A stretch of DNA of 64,000 nucleotides from the human T2T-CHM13v2.0 reference genome, Homo sapiens, in the NCBI RefSeq assembly GCF_009914755.1, contig NC_060939.1; one strand, given 5' to 3'. The notes beneath the pieces were generated by a model. The model saw nothing but the letters and a program-made list of their open reading frames with translations, did not search any database and had not been told where the DNA came from. Positions 29,901 through 44,209 of this stretch are shown here, one piece after another. The stretch's first letter is position 1; the number at the start of each line of letters is the position of its first letter. Made by a program: the position numbers and the translations under genes.

Positions 29901-30440
29901 GCTCGCAAGCTAAATGTTCCAGTTCAGTAAGCAGTTTTTCACATGAAAACCAGAACAGTTGACATTCGAGTGTTCACCATATGCAAGGTGCCTTACATAC
30001 ATTCTCCTTTAATCCACATCATAGTCCCCTGAGGTGGCTAAAACTATTATCCCTGTTTCACAGATGAGGTACCTACAGCTTAGCTTTTACAAGGTCACAC
30101 GGCTAATGGACCATCATTTCCCTCTTTATAGATTCTGTGTCCATGAATGCAGCCTACCATTGCAGTCAGCAACAGAAAATGTCCTTTACATATTAACTCC
30201 CTTGGACCCCATGTGAGAGCTATAATTAGGTATTGTACTTTAAGACACTGTCTTTTCATGTTATGGAGCTTGGTAACCAGCTATAAGTGCAAATCATTCA
30301 TGGCAGACCACTAGCTGTGCCCTCCCTGCTGCCGCTGAGACTGTGCAGAGGCATGTGGCTATGCTGTGGAGTTTCACCTTTGATTATACAACATGCCCAG
30401 GAATCCTTTTTATAAAACAAGCCTTAAGATCTTAATATGG

Positions 30441-30795
<355 letters not shown>

Positions 30796-30899
30796 TTATT
30801 TTGTAGATTTCCCTAGGAACTAACATTTATCTAGGAAATCAAGTAAGTATTTTCTACTCCCTTCTACATATGAAACTCTTTGCATTGGTGGCTCTGCAG

Positions 30900-30928
30900 T
30901 GAGTGTGTGTGTGTGTGTGTGTGTGTGT
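30900..30928. repeat. (GT)n microsatellite
   Basis: Seen directly. Confidence 0.95.
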
Positions 30929-31837
30929 ATCAGTGGTTTTCCCATTATAAAACATTTGAGGCAGAAGGTATCTGAAGTTCTATTCAACCCTTCTTCTGTC
31001 CTCCCACCCTTAAGATAACCACGTTAACTGTGTAGTGTATTTCTATAGACTCTTTTGCAGCGCATTTTTTATTTAAAGTTTTTATTATGGAAATATTCAA
31101 ATACACATAAAAGTAGAGAAGAATACAATGAAACCCAACATGCCCATCACCCAACTTCAACAATCAACATTGGCAATGCATTGTAACATAGTTGACATCC
31201 TAATATATTTAGTGATTTTAAAAATTATTTATTACGAAAAGAATCCGGTTCATTAAAAATTCAAGCAGTGCAGAAGAGTGAAGTAAAAAATAAAAATCTT
31301 CTTACTCTCCCAAGGCCCTTAATCCCAGTGCTCAGAAATAACTTAACAGCTTTTAATGTATCAATCTAGAGATTTTCTCTGAATAAATTATACATTTTTA
31401 CAAATGTAAAAAATTTTCACACAAGAAATCAGACCATACATATATATTAATACTTGCTTCTTCCACTTAGTACTTCTTGGACTTCTTTAGAAGCAAATAC
31501 CTGCAGGTAGCCTGCATTCTTCAATGGTTGCAGAGTGTTTCACTGGAAAGCAAACTTAACCCAGGAACGAAGGGAGGGCGACAGCTAGTTGGCTTGTAAG
31601 TAGACTCTATCTCAAAAGCCAGAGGCTTACAAAGTGGATTGTGTACACAGTAGGGAGTGCAAAATGCCTACTGGAATGTGGGAAGAAATATGATCTCCGT
31701 TCATTTTTCTCTTATCCCTCAAAATTGTGGCATACTTTAAAACATCATCATAGTGCAGTAACACAGTCATATTATTTATACATATTTCCATATTAGGAGT
31801 GTGTACTCAAGATTTTTAAGTGTAAGATACAAGATCA

Positions 31838-32120
<283 letters not shown>

Positions 32121-32800
32121 GTTGGAGACCACTGTGCAAAGCAATTCTGATGAGTGCCACAGAGAGCAGAGTTGCTTGTAAGGGTGAGGGAGTAGGCTAA
32201 CCAGCCTGTCCTGAGAACCTCTGCAACCCCATTGTCAGTGCCAAGTGTCATAACAGATGTGGAAGTCCCAGCCCAGTGAGAATTCCTTAGGTAAGGAGAA
32301 CCTGTCCCCAGCAGGGCACACTACAGTACCAGCTATCCAAGAAGTAACACCCAGCGTGTTCTGCAGAACTCAAGACTCTTTAGGGGAGAAAACAGCAGAA
32401 GAGTTTACTAGTTTGGGAGCACTGCATATTATAAGATGCTTTTACAGATCACAATCAGTGCTAGCATACTAGAGGCTCTCAGAAATACCTCATTTTTTAA
32501 AAAATCAATCAACAGAACAAAATAAAAACCCGTGTAACTCTGCATTTCCATTTGACCCTGGAATTTATACCTCCTGTTTTTTCCTGAATATTTGTCTAAA
32601 AACCTGTTATTAAAAAAAAAAAAAAAAATACTAGATTTCTGTGAAAAAACAGAAAATGTTAATCTGGAAGTTTACTGCAGGAAAATACCTTCAAAACGTT
32701 TAACTTCCACCTTTCACTATGAAATAGCCAAATAAACATTACATCAATGATTTAGCTAAAGAAAACATTCATCCACAAACACAAATCTAGAGTCTCCCAT

Positions 32801-32806
32801 TTTATT
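32801..32806 (-). terminator. ADAM10: Distal ADAM10 poly(A) signal AATAAA
   Basis: TTTATT on +; downstream on the - strand is GU/U-rich (ttgtgtttgtgg). Confidence 0.65.
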
Positions 32807-34140
32807 TCTAATTTGAGCTTTCTGAATACATTTCTTCTCCTATCAGGAGTTGTTACTTACATGCCCCAAAGCTAAGTTATGCCTTTCCCATTTTTGCAAA
32901 ACATGGTCGGTATGTTTCATATTCTATAAATACAGTGCATATTAGATTTTGAAAGAAAATTTATCTCCAGGTATGACGGAAGGAGGTTGTGCTGCCACAG
33001 GATTTAGAATGAGATATGTTAAAAGTTAAAAATACAGCTGTTGGTAATGTGTTGTAATGAAACTAACTTTTGTGCCTATCTTGTGAAATCAGCTTCATTG
33101 CCTATTTACAAAGCACACAACAAAACAAATGTTTATTGAACACCTACTATAGCCAAGCTCAAGGAAATGGAGATTAATAAAGCCCAGTCCTGCAGAGGAA
33201 TCGAGGGAAAGGGCAATCCAGGGAATAGGAAAAGCACATCCAGAGTCATGAAAATAGCAAAGAACATGACGACAGTCAACTGCCCCATGGTTACATCATT
33301 TCTAAAAGCTTGTGACAGCAGCTTGGACTAGTTAGAGCAAACTTTTACCGAAACTCCAAAACTCAGGTCCAGCTTTTCTCCTCTGGGAAGTCATCTTGGC
33401 TCTTCCCACTACCTACCTACCATGCTCGATATGCACTTCCTCTGAGCTACCAGGGCATCCTGTGTTTGTAGAGTTTCCAACACAAACCCCTCTGTACTGT
33501 AACTGCTGGTTTCTTTCCTTCCGCTAGACCCTCAGCTCCCTGAAGGCACAGACTGCAGTCCTTTGGGGGCTGTGAAAAATTGCAGCAGGTTGATAAGTGA
33601 ATGGGAGCTGAAGTAGCCACTGAGTGTAAATGATTCTCTCGAAAGTTTGGCTTAGATGAGGCAGGATTATATTGTAATATGGTGTGTGCTATGAGAGAAA
33701 GATGTATAAAATTCCAGGGCACAGCAGGTCACATGGACACCTCATTCATCCTGGTAGGAGGCTAGGTGTCTTAATCCTAAATTTATGATAGTCATGATAC
33801 AGACGCCCAGGTCTGAAAAGCGAAGCGCCTTTCACAACTCCCAGATTGTTGGGCCAATATCCTAAGGAGAATAACCAAGTATGACACCTGCCAAAGTACA
33901 AGCCAGCTCTTCAGCAAATGAATGCAATGCAAAGCAAAAAATGAAAAAACATTTAAAAAAATAAAGGAATCTGAATGACTAGGCTGACATACCTTTCCCC
34001 AAAGAAAAATCAGCTATCAGTGCCCAGTATATAACCAATCGACATTATTAAAAATTCTATGTAATCTATTTAAACTCTCTTCATCCATCATATTTTGACT
34101 CAAGCATCACTTTCATAAGGAATTCTCTGACCTTCCTGAT

Positions 34141-34232
34141 GTCCCACCCTCCTTTCTCAGTCCTATCTCTGCATTATCAGCTGTGACAACGTCCCACCCT
34201 CCTTTCTCAGTCCTATCTCTGCATGATCAGCT
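34141..34232. repeat. 42-bp direct repeat (1 mismatch, 8-bp spacer)
   Basis: gtcccaccctcctttctcagtcctatctctgcat(t/g)atcagct at 34141 and 34191. Confidence 0.95.
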
Positions 34233-35410
34233 CTTGGATCACCAAAAACCTCCTCCTCAGCATGTATCACAGCTGGAATTGTACATTTATTCACATGATT
34301 ATCTGATATCTATCTCACCTACAAGACCATACGCTTCACCAGGGCAGGGAAACTGTTAAGTTCACTACTGTATTCTTATCATCTAGCCAAGGCCCTGGCA
34401 CAATCAAGTGCCTAAGAAGTATCTGTGAGTAAGGTAACTGGTCAATGCATATCAGCAAATGCATACCATAAAAGCCAAAGAATTTCAAACATGCTCTGAT
34501 ATGTTTCAAGGAGGAGGAAAGGAGGAGAAAGAGGAAAATGGTTAACAGGTCACTTCACTTAATTACAGATGCTACTAGCAGATACTTAAGAAAAATGAAA
34601 ACTAACCACAATCACAAAACTAAATAATGAAGAATATATTGACACCTTAATTTATAAAAACCGGCCTGTTGTATTTAGAAACACAAAGGCTAACTCCCAT
34701 ACCCAAAGGGCAAGGGAAGAAAACGATAATAAAATATTCATTTAAAATAAAGAATAAAATTGCTTAATGTGTTCAGTATAACCACATAGCCTTCATTTTT
34801 CCAAAATGATTTTTCTAAAATTCATGCAAATGGAACCACTTTTTATATAAGACAACCTACACTCTTATCAAATTATTCTCATTTTTTTACACTGAGAACA
34901 AACAACTACAGAATATCTTTTTAAAGATCTATTTCCACCTCCAGGGAACATGATCATTTAAACAAGAGAGGGCAGAAGAATCTAGTTTATTGTAGTGAGC
35001 TACTTAACATTTACTCCAACGTGGGACACACAGGCTTAATGTGGATAAGCTGACCATACTCCTTGACATGTTTAACAGAGAACAAATATTTTACTTAAGT
35101 AGTTAGCTAAGCCCTTCAACAGTGAGAGAGAGAGAGAGAGACAGAGCAAACAGGGACCCAATGGCCTGCTTGCTAAGATTGCTGGATGACTGATAGCTTC
35201 AAGAGTTCACCCTAGCAGTTGAAATCAATTAATTATTCATTGTAACTGGAGCAGAATATAATTATGTTAGCTTGACTGGTTCAAGTTTAATTCCACTAAA
35301 ACAATCATTATGAAAATCATTATGAATACAGGTCATTATCATGAATTACTGCTAAAATAAAAACAGTAATGAATCAGCTTCTATAGGAATTTGATTCACA
35401 TTTAAAACAC

Positions 35411-35541
35411 TTTTTTTTTTTCTTTGAGATGGAGTCTCACTATTTTGCCCAGGCTGGTCTCTAACTCCTGAGCTCAAGTGATCCTCCCACCTTGGCCTCC
35501 CAAAGTGTTGGGATTACAGGTATGAGCCATCACAACTGGCC
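35411..35541 (-). mobile_element. FLAM_C in the ADAM10 long 3' UTR
   Basis: Left monomer with poly-T; TSD cacattt(t)aaaac. Confidence 0.85.
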
Positions 35542-35544
35542 ACA

Positions 35545-36600
35545 TTTTAAAACTTCTATGAAAAATTTCAAATATAAACACAGGTAGAGAAAATAGTATA
35601 ATAAATCCCCAAGTGCCCATCACCCAGCTTCAATAATTATCAACTCACAGCCAATCTTGTTTCAACTATATCCACACACACCAGCCAACTTCAATCCTTA
35701 TTTTTAAGCAAAAACTTATACATCGTATCATTTCATTTTTTAAGTGTTTCAATTTGCATCTCTAAAAGGGGTCCTTTAAAAAATGTAACAATACCATTAT
35801 CACACCTAAAAATAATTAAAAACCTTAATATCAAATATCCACTTTTCACATTTTTCCAATGGTCTCAACAGTTTGTTCAAATCAGTATCCAAATAAGTCC
35901 ATAAATTGTCTTGATAGATGTAGCTCTTAAGTCTCCTTTAACCCATCGTTGTCTTTTCTCTTTGCATTTCTGTTGTTGAAGCAGGACCATATGTCTTGTA
36001 GTTTTCCAGAGTCTGGATTTTGCTGATTGAGTCCCTTGTATATTATTTGTCCCTCTGTCCCCTGTATTTCTAATGAAGGGGTAGTTAGATCAGGAGGCTT
36101 CATCATGATGAGATGTGACTTTTGGCAGAACTGCTTCATAGGTGGTATATGTACTTCCATTAGGAGGCACAAAATCTGATTGCTCTCACTTTGTGAGGTT
36201 AGCAGTCACTGGCGATTATTGTCTAGATCCATAAATTGTTGGGGGGGTAAAATGGTGATATCCTAATTCTATCATTTCTCTTATTACCTGGAATTTCTTT
36301 AAAAGCGTATCCCAAAGGTAACTATAATTCTGTCCACTACCATCATTAACTCACAGAGTTAAATACAATACTATGAGTTTCAATCTCTTGCAGATATTAT
36401 CCTTGCTGATGCTAAAGTTATCTCAGCCTTGGCCAGTGGTAACTTCTAAGGTGCCTCCTGAATCTTTCTGATCTGGTACAAAACAATGTTTCCTAGGTTC
36501 TTCTTGTACATTTCTTTCTTACAGGTGGAATTAGTGATTTATCCAAAGGAGTCTGGTTCCCTTGAAGAAAAATGGTACTTAAGAGACCACAATTAGGGCA
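35545..36600 (-). mobile_element. L1MC-type 3' fragment
   Basis: 'aaaatttcaaatataaacacaggtagagaaaatagtataat...cccatcacccagcttcaataattatcaac'. Confidence 0.65.
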
Positions 36601-37109
36601 CTCAATTTGACTTGCATTTGAATTATGTCTAAAGCTAATCAACTGAATTAAGCATGAGTCTTCTATTATTGTTTCTAATACATTCATGTGGCTGCATATA
36701 TGTGGATTTCTAAGGATGGGACTCTGATTTAATATATATATATATATATATTAAATCGTGGTAGTATAACTTGGTACATCTATCTGGGAGACAGTACCAT
36801 AATTTTTATCAATGTCCCTCAAAAAACCTTTACCCCAACAATTCCACTTTTAGGAATTAATTTCATTATTAGGCTGAGGATTTTCCTAAGAATTGTTTAA
36901 AATTCTTTAGAATTGTTTAAAATAATAAACAATGTGGAACCTACATGTCCAAACAATGGGAAATTGGTTAAGAAAAAAAAAAACATACATCCACAGAAAT
37001 ATTTAGAGTAGTTAATGTGATATACATTATCAATGTACCATTAAATGAGAAAGGTGGGTTACAAAAGTGTGCATATTATGTTTTTGTCACACACATAGAA
37101 AAAAAGTAA

Positions 37110-37542
<433 letters not shown>

Positions 37543-39195
37543 TAGGATTTGACTTCCCTGGGTCTGCCCAATCAATAGTACTCCTTCATCTGCTTCCAGA
37601 TTTCGTTCTTGTTCAATTCACCTTGTCCTTGTTGGATTACCCCACACCCTATCACTTTAGTGTAGATTTCAGGAAAAAGCAAAAACTAATCAGTATTTTG
37701 CTCAATGCTCCGTTTTACCTAGCATCCTGTTGCTTTTTATAGAAGAGATGCTCTGAAGAACTTACCAATTATAAAATACATGAATTTCTACTGAAAATAG
37801 TACATACATGTATATATCTAAGACACACAAACAATATAGTAATATAAAACAGAAGGGCTAAATTTCTATCCTAATCATATAAAGAGTTGAATACAGAAAC
37901 AATAGTGAAAAAACTAAACTGGTAATAAACGGAAAAGTATATCAAATGGAAGTTGTTTTTAATCAAGAACACAACATGAGAGATGCTGAAACTGAAGTTG
38001 TCCTCTGTGGGGCAAACCAATTGTCTTTCTAGTTTCTAAGAAGTTGAAAGTGGTTTTGGGGAAACTAAAATTTCTTACAACTTTAGTGACTTCTCTAAAG
38101 ATGAACTGTCCCTGGCAGCTGCTTTAAAACTACATCTGGCTTGCACCCTGGTTTTGGGAAACCTTGACCCTTTAAATATGGATAATGAATATCTCTTCTT
38201 GTACTCCTCCAGGTGAACTGTCCAGGTTTGTAATGCTTGACACTCTGATACCTTCAATTAGAAATACTTAATAAGAAATGCCTTCTCATGCACAAGCCCC
38301 GAAATTTCATAGTTGCCAAGGACACCAATCCCATCTTTAAGAAATAATAATAATTAGGTCTTACTACAGGGACAAATACAAGGACTGAGGGTCGAGTAGT
38401 TTGCTCCGCTTGGACAAATCAGATTTCACTATCCTAAGACTGTGACAAACACGAAGTACCCAAAGCATAAAGTGTTGAAGACACCTCACAAAACAAGACT
38501 GATCAGAGAAAGTTGTCATTTCCTTAAATAAATGCTTCCCCAAACTGCATGACATTGCTTGACACTACAGGGAATGCTAAATCCAGAAGCAGTCAATAAA
38601 TTTATTTTATTTCTGATTTTGTTTGTGAATTGGTACCTGAATTTATAAAACTGGGGAGGGAGGGATGGAGGGAGAGAGGACGGACTGTAAACAGAATTTA
38701 AGCATTCAATTACAAGTAAAAATAACTAATTTATAATTACCCAAATCAATCAATATTGAGAGTTTCATAAATAACTAAACATAATATACATTTGATGCTC
38801 CTAAATTAACAAAGTAATTCACAAAGTATTACATATTTACTCATTTAACAAGTATTACTTATAGCTAACCTTGACTAAAAAAAGAATTTGAAGCAGATTA
38901 CCTCATGCAGGGAATTATTCTGGGCTTACAATTCCTTTTCTAGGTAACACTGAAATGTCAATTCTCTCCTTATTTGCTATGAAGAGAAAAATGATGGCTC
39001 AAAATTTTAAACAAACTTATCATTAAACTAGGCTTTTTAAAATAAATGAGGTACTTAGCATTCAAAACTTTGAAAAACACATAAAAACAAGACCATAAGT
39101 TTTCAAAATGACTCACCTCTTCCACCAAGACAAGCACTGAATATTGATTAGAAACAATGTAATGCAGTTGAGATTAGTTGGGTGTTTTAAAAAGG

Positions 39196-39201
39196 TTTAT
39201 T
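39196..39201 (-). terminator. ADAM10: Intermediate ADAM10 poly(A) signal AATAAA
   Basis: TTTATT on + at the end of the repeat-free AU-rich UTR block, with neighbours at 39384 and 39434. Confidence 0.55.
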
Positions 39202-40222
39202 GTGTGTACGCAGAGTATCTAACTGGAAATTTTCTACATGGATTCCAAAGTATTAAGAATAAAGATAATCTATACTTTTGTAGGAAGAGACAACTGTAAG
39301 AAAACACTGCCTTGTGGGAAGCTTCTTGTGATAGTTCTCAGAGTTCAAAGAGTATAGAACCTTCAAGTTGATTTAATCGTCTATTTATTAATGCATTTCA
39401 AGTTTCAAAAAACCTTACATCTTTGCACAATACTTTATTTTTTGCAATTTTTAGTAAAAATTTCCAAAGTGAACAAAAAAAGATACTGTATAAAACACAG
39501 TGGACATTAAAACTGACAGTAGTATTAGATCTCATTTGTCTTGATCCTTTTATATTACCACATCTTGATTCGCAGTGGAAAGAGTTCAGTGCATGTATCT
39601 CTTTTCAGAAAACATTTAACTTAGACTCAAAATAAAATAGGGCAGTGTGTGTACCTGCCAAAATCCTACCACAGGATAACATTACAAGCAAAAAATTTAC
39701 ATGTTCCAAAGTCTACCACACTCAAGAAGTTACTAAGAACTCTTGCAGAATAAAAGTCACCATTTTAGAAATGCAAACCCACTTCCAACCTTTGCACAGT
39801 CCAAAAACAAAGGCATTTAAATGATTTAAAAGCAATTACATACATATCTACCTACTTGTTTGTTTAGAATTATTTATAGTCTATCTGGGGTTTCATGTAC
39901 AAAATTTGTCTCTAAATCATGTACAAAAAGCTGTATTTTGAAAAAGTCACCACATACTGTACAAGTTTACAAGGAAGAGATCCCGTTATTTTCTCTAGCA
40001 TTTTTGGCCTTGCTGGCTTGCGTCACATTATGAGAATGATTGTGTAAACCTTATACTCTTAAAAAAAAAAAGGAAAAAAAAAAACCCAAAACATAGAAAT
40101 CTTTACAACTTTCTCTAAATTTGCCTCCTATGTGAAGTCAGGAAAATCATAGCTTTACTTCTAGTTGAAGTGATGTAGTTGGAAAACAGAAGCAATAAAT
40201 ATGTCACAAGCTTCAATTTTTG

Positions 40223-41472
40223 TAATGCCCCTTCTATTTCCTGCATAGCAATAAGCCTGTTAATACATTAAATGTTTTTGCTTTCTCTTTAAAATGCCAA
40301 TTATTTACATCTGTTTCAAAAATAAATTTGGAATGGGACATTGTGCTGTTTCACCTTCAATGCTGTTAAAAATTTTAGGAAAAAAAATGTCAGAAGGCCT
40401 ATCTACAATTTTAACTACTACTTAAGCAAATTACTCATCTTTAGTGGTTACCAATGATCAGTGATGATATGCTGAAAAAACCGTTTAAATATTTTGATAA
40501 AGACACAGCTTTTCTTTTCCATATCAGACAGAAAACATAATTAGCATATTTCAGATATATGAAAAACACAAATAAGTAGGCTACAAATAAAAAGAATCAT
40601 TTCATTGACATAATTTCTATCAAAGCATGAATAAAATTTCACCTATTAATTGAAAAATGGAATTGAATTAGAAAGTTTAAAAGACGTAAGCAGAAACCAG
40701 ACATCTACATCATGAACTCTGAAGTAGTATGTGCTGCTATGTCCAGTTTGCACAACACTTAACTGTGTTCTTCAGTATAGTCACTTGTGCCCGTAGCAGC
40801 CATGTGATAAAGAAAAAATGAGTATCAAAACCAACTCCATCGTAACAGAAAGGTAAATTGATTTTCATTTCAAAACTGCCTGTGTAAAGCATTACAGAAT
40901 CCTGGACCACTGAATACCACCATTCTCTGTTATCCTGAGTATGTCAATTAAACAGTAATTTTTAATTAAGAGCGGAAAAATTTTATAATACAAAGAAACA
41001 TCCATATTGCAATTTCTGTTTACAATTGCACACAGAAGTACAGTGTACGTAAGAAATACATGTCTGCATATAACAAGGTATGTACATTGGCAAGTGATGT
41101 CTCCAATGTTGAGGTGGTCGAGCCTCCTAGCCTTGATTGGCAGTTGAAAAAAATATATTTATTTCAATTTGTGGTAAAAGTTTATTGAGAGCCAAGTTTG
41201 CCTGCAAGTGAAGAAAATGCAGCAACGAAGAACAGGGAACACGGGGCACATAATAATATTCTAAGACTTTGTGCCATTAAGTTAAAAATATCTGTTCATA
41301 AGAAAATTGGGTTCCTTTTCCACCTCCCACCCCCAAATTGGAATTTTCAGGCTTTAAAATTTAAGTAATTCCACCTGGTCTGAGGATATGATCTCTTGCC
41401 ATTTTTTCTTCAACTGTTACTTGTGAGGGTTTAGTTTGGAGATGATGACTTAATAGGTTTCTCTTTGGAGTG
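40223..41472 (-). promoter_or_regulatory. ADAM10: Cluster of miRNA seed matches in the proximal ADAM10 3' UTR
   Basis: The + strand reads as miRNA 5' ends: miR-365 TAATGCCC 40223, miR-140-5p AGTGGTT 40443, miR-451 AACCGTT 40479, miR-25/92 TATTGCA 41005 and ATTGCAC 41025, miR-34/449 TGGCAGT 41138, miR-103/107 TGCAGCA 41218, miR-1306-5p CCACCTCCC 41320, miR-122 TGGAGTG 41466. Seeds are from memory. Confidence 0.6.
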
Positions 41473-41520
41473 AAGTTTTCCCATTGTAGGCACTAGGAAG
41501 AACCAAGGCAAAAGCTGCAG

Positions 41521-41615
41521 TTAGCGTCTCATGTGTCCCATTTGATAACTCTCTCGGGGCCGCTGACGCTGGGGTTGCTGAATGGGCTGTGGAGGTCTCC
41601 TCCTCTTTAAAGTGC
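41521..41615 (-). CDS. ADAM10: ADAM10 exon 16, coding part (cytoplasmic tail, TAA)
   Basis: Minus-strand acceptor ctcacag; (G)[30 protein letters not shown]. Confidence 0.98.
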
Positions 41616-43017
41616 CTGTGAGCCACAAATAAAAGCAAAGCAGATTTATTTATCATGAGCTTTTTAATCTTTAAAAGCAAAGCTGCTGTTTCAATAAGAA
41701 AGGTTTTAGTTCAGTGCTGTCCAATAATATGGGCCATCAATGTAATTTAAAATCTTCTGATAGCCACAATAAAAAAGGTTTAAAAGGTGAAATAATTTTA
41801 ATAATATTTTTTATTTTATTTAAATTAATATAGCCAAAGTGTTATCATTTCAATATATAATCAATACAAAAATTACTAACAAAATATTTCTTTTTTTATA
41901 CTAAATCTTCAAAGTCTGGTATGTATGTTAATTAAAACAGCACATTTCAATGGAAACTAGCAACAATTCAGTGCTCAGCAGCCACAAGTATTAGATTAAT
42001 CCAGATTAATATCACAGATTCTGGACAGAATCCATATGAGGGAATTACTAAGTGTCTTTGAGCAAATGCCTTAACCTGAGACTCAGATGCCTACACTGTA
42101 AAACAAGGATGATAATTAACGTATATAGCCTGTTGTAAAGATTATATAATTCATATAAAAATGTTTAACACTTTTTGTGAGGGTTCAATAAATGACAGCT
42201 AGTTTTCTAAGTTTTTAAAGGTGCTATTCACTTAAAATGAAACCAACATACACATAAAATGTTTCACTGAATAAGACCACAATTGGTAACAGCATCTAAA
42301 AAGTGTCATGTGGCCCTTAGAACTTCCTTAAATACTAACATAAGTTCCAGAGTGCTAACTAACATTGTGAACTTAAGAAAAGCAATGATATAAAAATCAA
42401 ATTTCCTCTAACTCTCACTAAGATACTGTCCTAGCATGACTACTGGGCCATCTTGCCCCAGACAGGTAAATGCAGGTGAACAACTGAGGGAAAACAGAGA
42501 AAAAGTGTAAGAAACCTAGTTTTGAACTACTTTGTATAAGGTAGTGGATTTGCCTGAGGCAAGACATCTTATGAGAAGTCTGAGAGCGGCAGGAGAGGGA
42601 ACTGCTGTCATTTAGTTCTGGCTCTCCCCTGCTGCTGCCCTGAGACAATGTCTGTCCTCACACCTGTAGAGAATAGCTACGAATACCTTGGAGAAGGGGA
42701 GGGATAAACAGAGGGAACTAAACAATACGAAGGGTTTATTTCCTGTCCTTTTCTCCTTCCAATGCCCACAGCTCATCTAAAGAGGGTTCTTCCTCATGCT
42801 ATGTCTCCCTGAGAGGTAAAAGGTGGAGACCAGAACTAAAGAGTTGTTTTCAGGAATGGAGAATACTTGACTGTGCTTATTTGATGAATGAATCCTCTAC
42901 TCTAAGACTTTCCCACAGACTGGGATCTGTATGTCCCCACAAGCATCACCCTGGGGGAAAATAAGCTTATGTGCCAGAAAATATTTCAAGAGCACAAACA
43001 CTAAAAACGATAAGAGA

Positions 43018-43195
43018 GCTGGGTGCAGTGCACGCGCCTATAGTCCCAGCTACTTAGGAGGCTAAAGTGGGGAGGATTGCTTGAGCTCAGGAGTAAGTCC
43101 AGCCTGGGCAACACAGTGAGAGAAAGAAAAAAGAAAAAGAAGGAAGGGAGGGCGGGAGGGAGGGAAGATGGAAGGGAAGGAAGGAGGAATGAAGG
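43018..43195 (+). mobile_element. FLAM_A monomer with GA-rich tail
   Basis: 'gctgggtgcagtgcacgcgcctatagtcccagctact' plus a purine tail. Confidence 0.75.
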
Positions 43196-43571
43196 ACAAC
43201 AATATGAGAAGCACAACTATTAGAATAGAAAGATCAACAATTTTAAAGTAGTTCACCATAATCATGGCAAGGGAATATGTTAGAATATATTTAAAAAAAA
43301 AAAAACAAGAAAACAAATACCAAGCAAAATTTAAAATTTCTAGTTCTAAATATTTTCAGACACTCAGATAAATTAGCATTAACTTAGCAGTCACTGGCCA
43401 GATTGGATTGACAAAAAGCACACAAATATCAACTAAATCATTCATCCAATAATCCCATTCTTACGGAGAAAGTACTGTAACATTAGTTACTACAGACTCA
43501 TTTATAATTCAATTCTACCTGCTAAACAATTCTGAGTTACATAAATATGTATCTTGCTCAAATATTCTTAC

Positions 43572-43698
43572 CTGGAAGTGGTTTAGGAGGAGGCAACTTT
43601 GGATTACTACTTGGAGTATGAACACTGCATATCTTAATAAATCCAGCCATTAGCATGATCAGAGCAATTCCCATAAGTAATACTGCCCACCAATGAGC
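43572..43698 (-). CDS. ADAM10: ADAM10 exon 15 (127 bp; transmembrane helix and proline-rich motif)
   Basis: AG/GT boundaries; [42 protein letters not shown]. Confidence 0.98.
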
Positions 43699-44105
43699 CT
43701 AGAAATAAACAGATTTTTCCACTGAAAAAAAAAAAACTACAAAATATTTTAGAGTATCTTTTACAGTATATAAAACATAGAATAGAACACAGTATATTGT
43801 AATTTTTAAAGAACATTTGTTTAGGAGTTGTATACATATGTTAGATATTTGCACATATATATTATTTAAATATAAAAAAAAGTTTAAAGGAGAAAATGGA
43901 AATCACCCATAATTTCATCTCATAGAGGAAACCGCTCAATCTGATTTTTTTTAGTCTCTTTACATATAACAACATTTGTCATACACATGAACACAAATAC
44001 AAAACTGGGGTCATCTTGCATATAGTTATATTGCATTTTCCCATGTTATTAAATATTTTCTGGTTTAAATATTGCCTTTGTTTTTTCCCCTTACTCTTTT
44101 TTCTC

Positions 44106-44209
44106 CCTCAAATGGATAATGTGCCAATGCCCTAACAAGGTTTGAGGAAGGCACATCTCACATATGAGTGTGCAAACCCAATCATCACACTTATGAACTA
44201 CAAAAGGAT
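44106..44209 (-). pseudogene. Retroposed full-length U13 (SNORD13) snoRNA copy in ADAM10 intron 14
   Basis: Minus strand ATCCTTTTGTAGTTCATAAGTGTGATGATTGGG...GGCACATTATCCATTTGAGG matches U13; short A tail; TSD tcc(c/t)cttactctt at 44086-98 and 44211-23. Confidence 0.9.
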
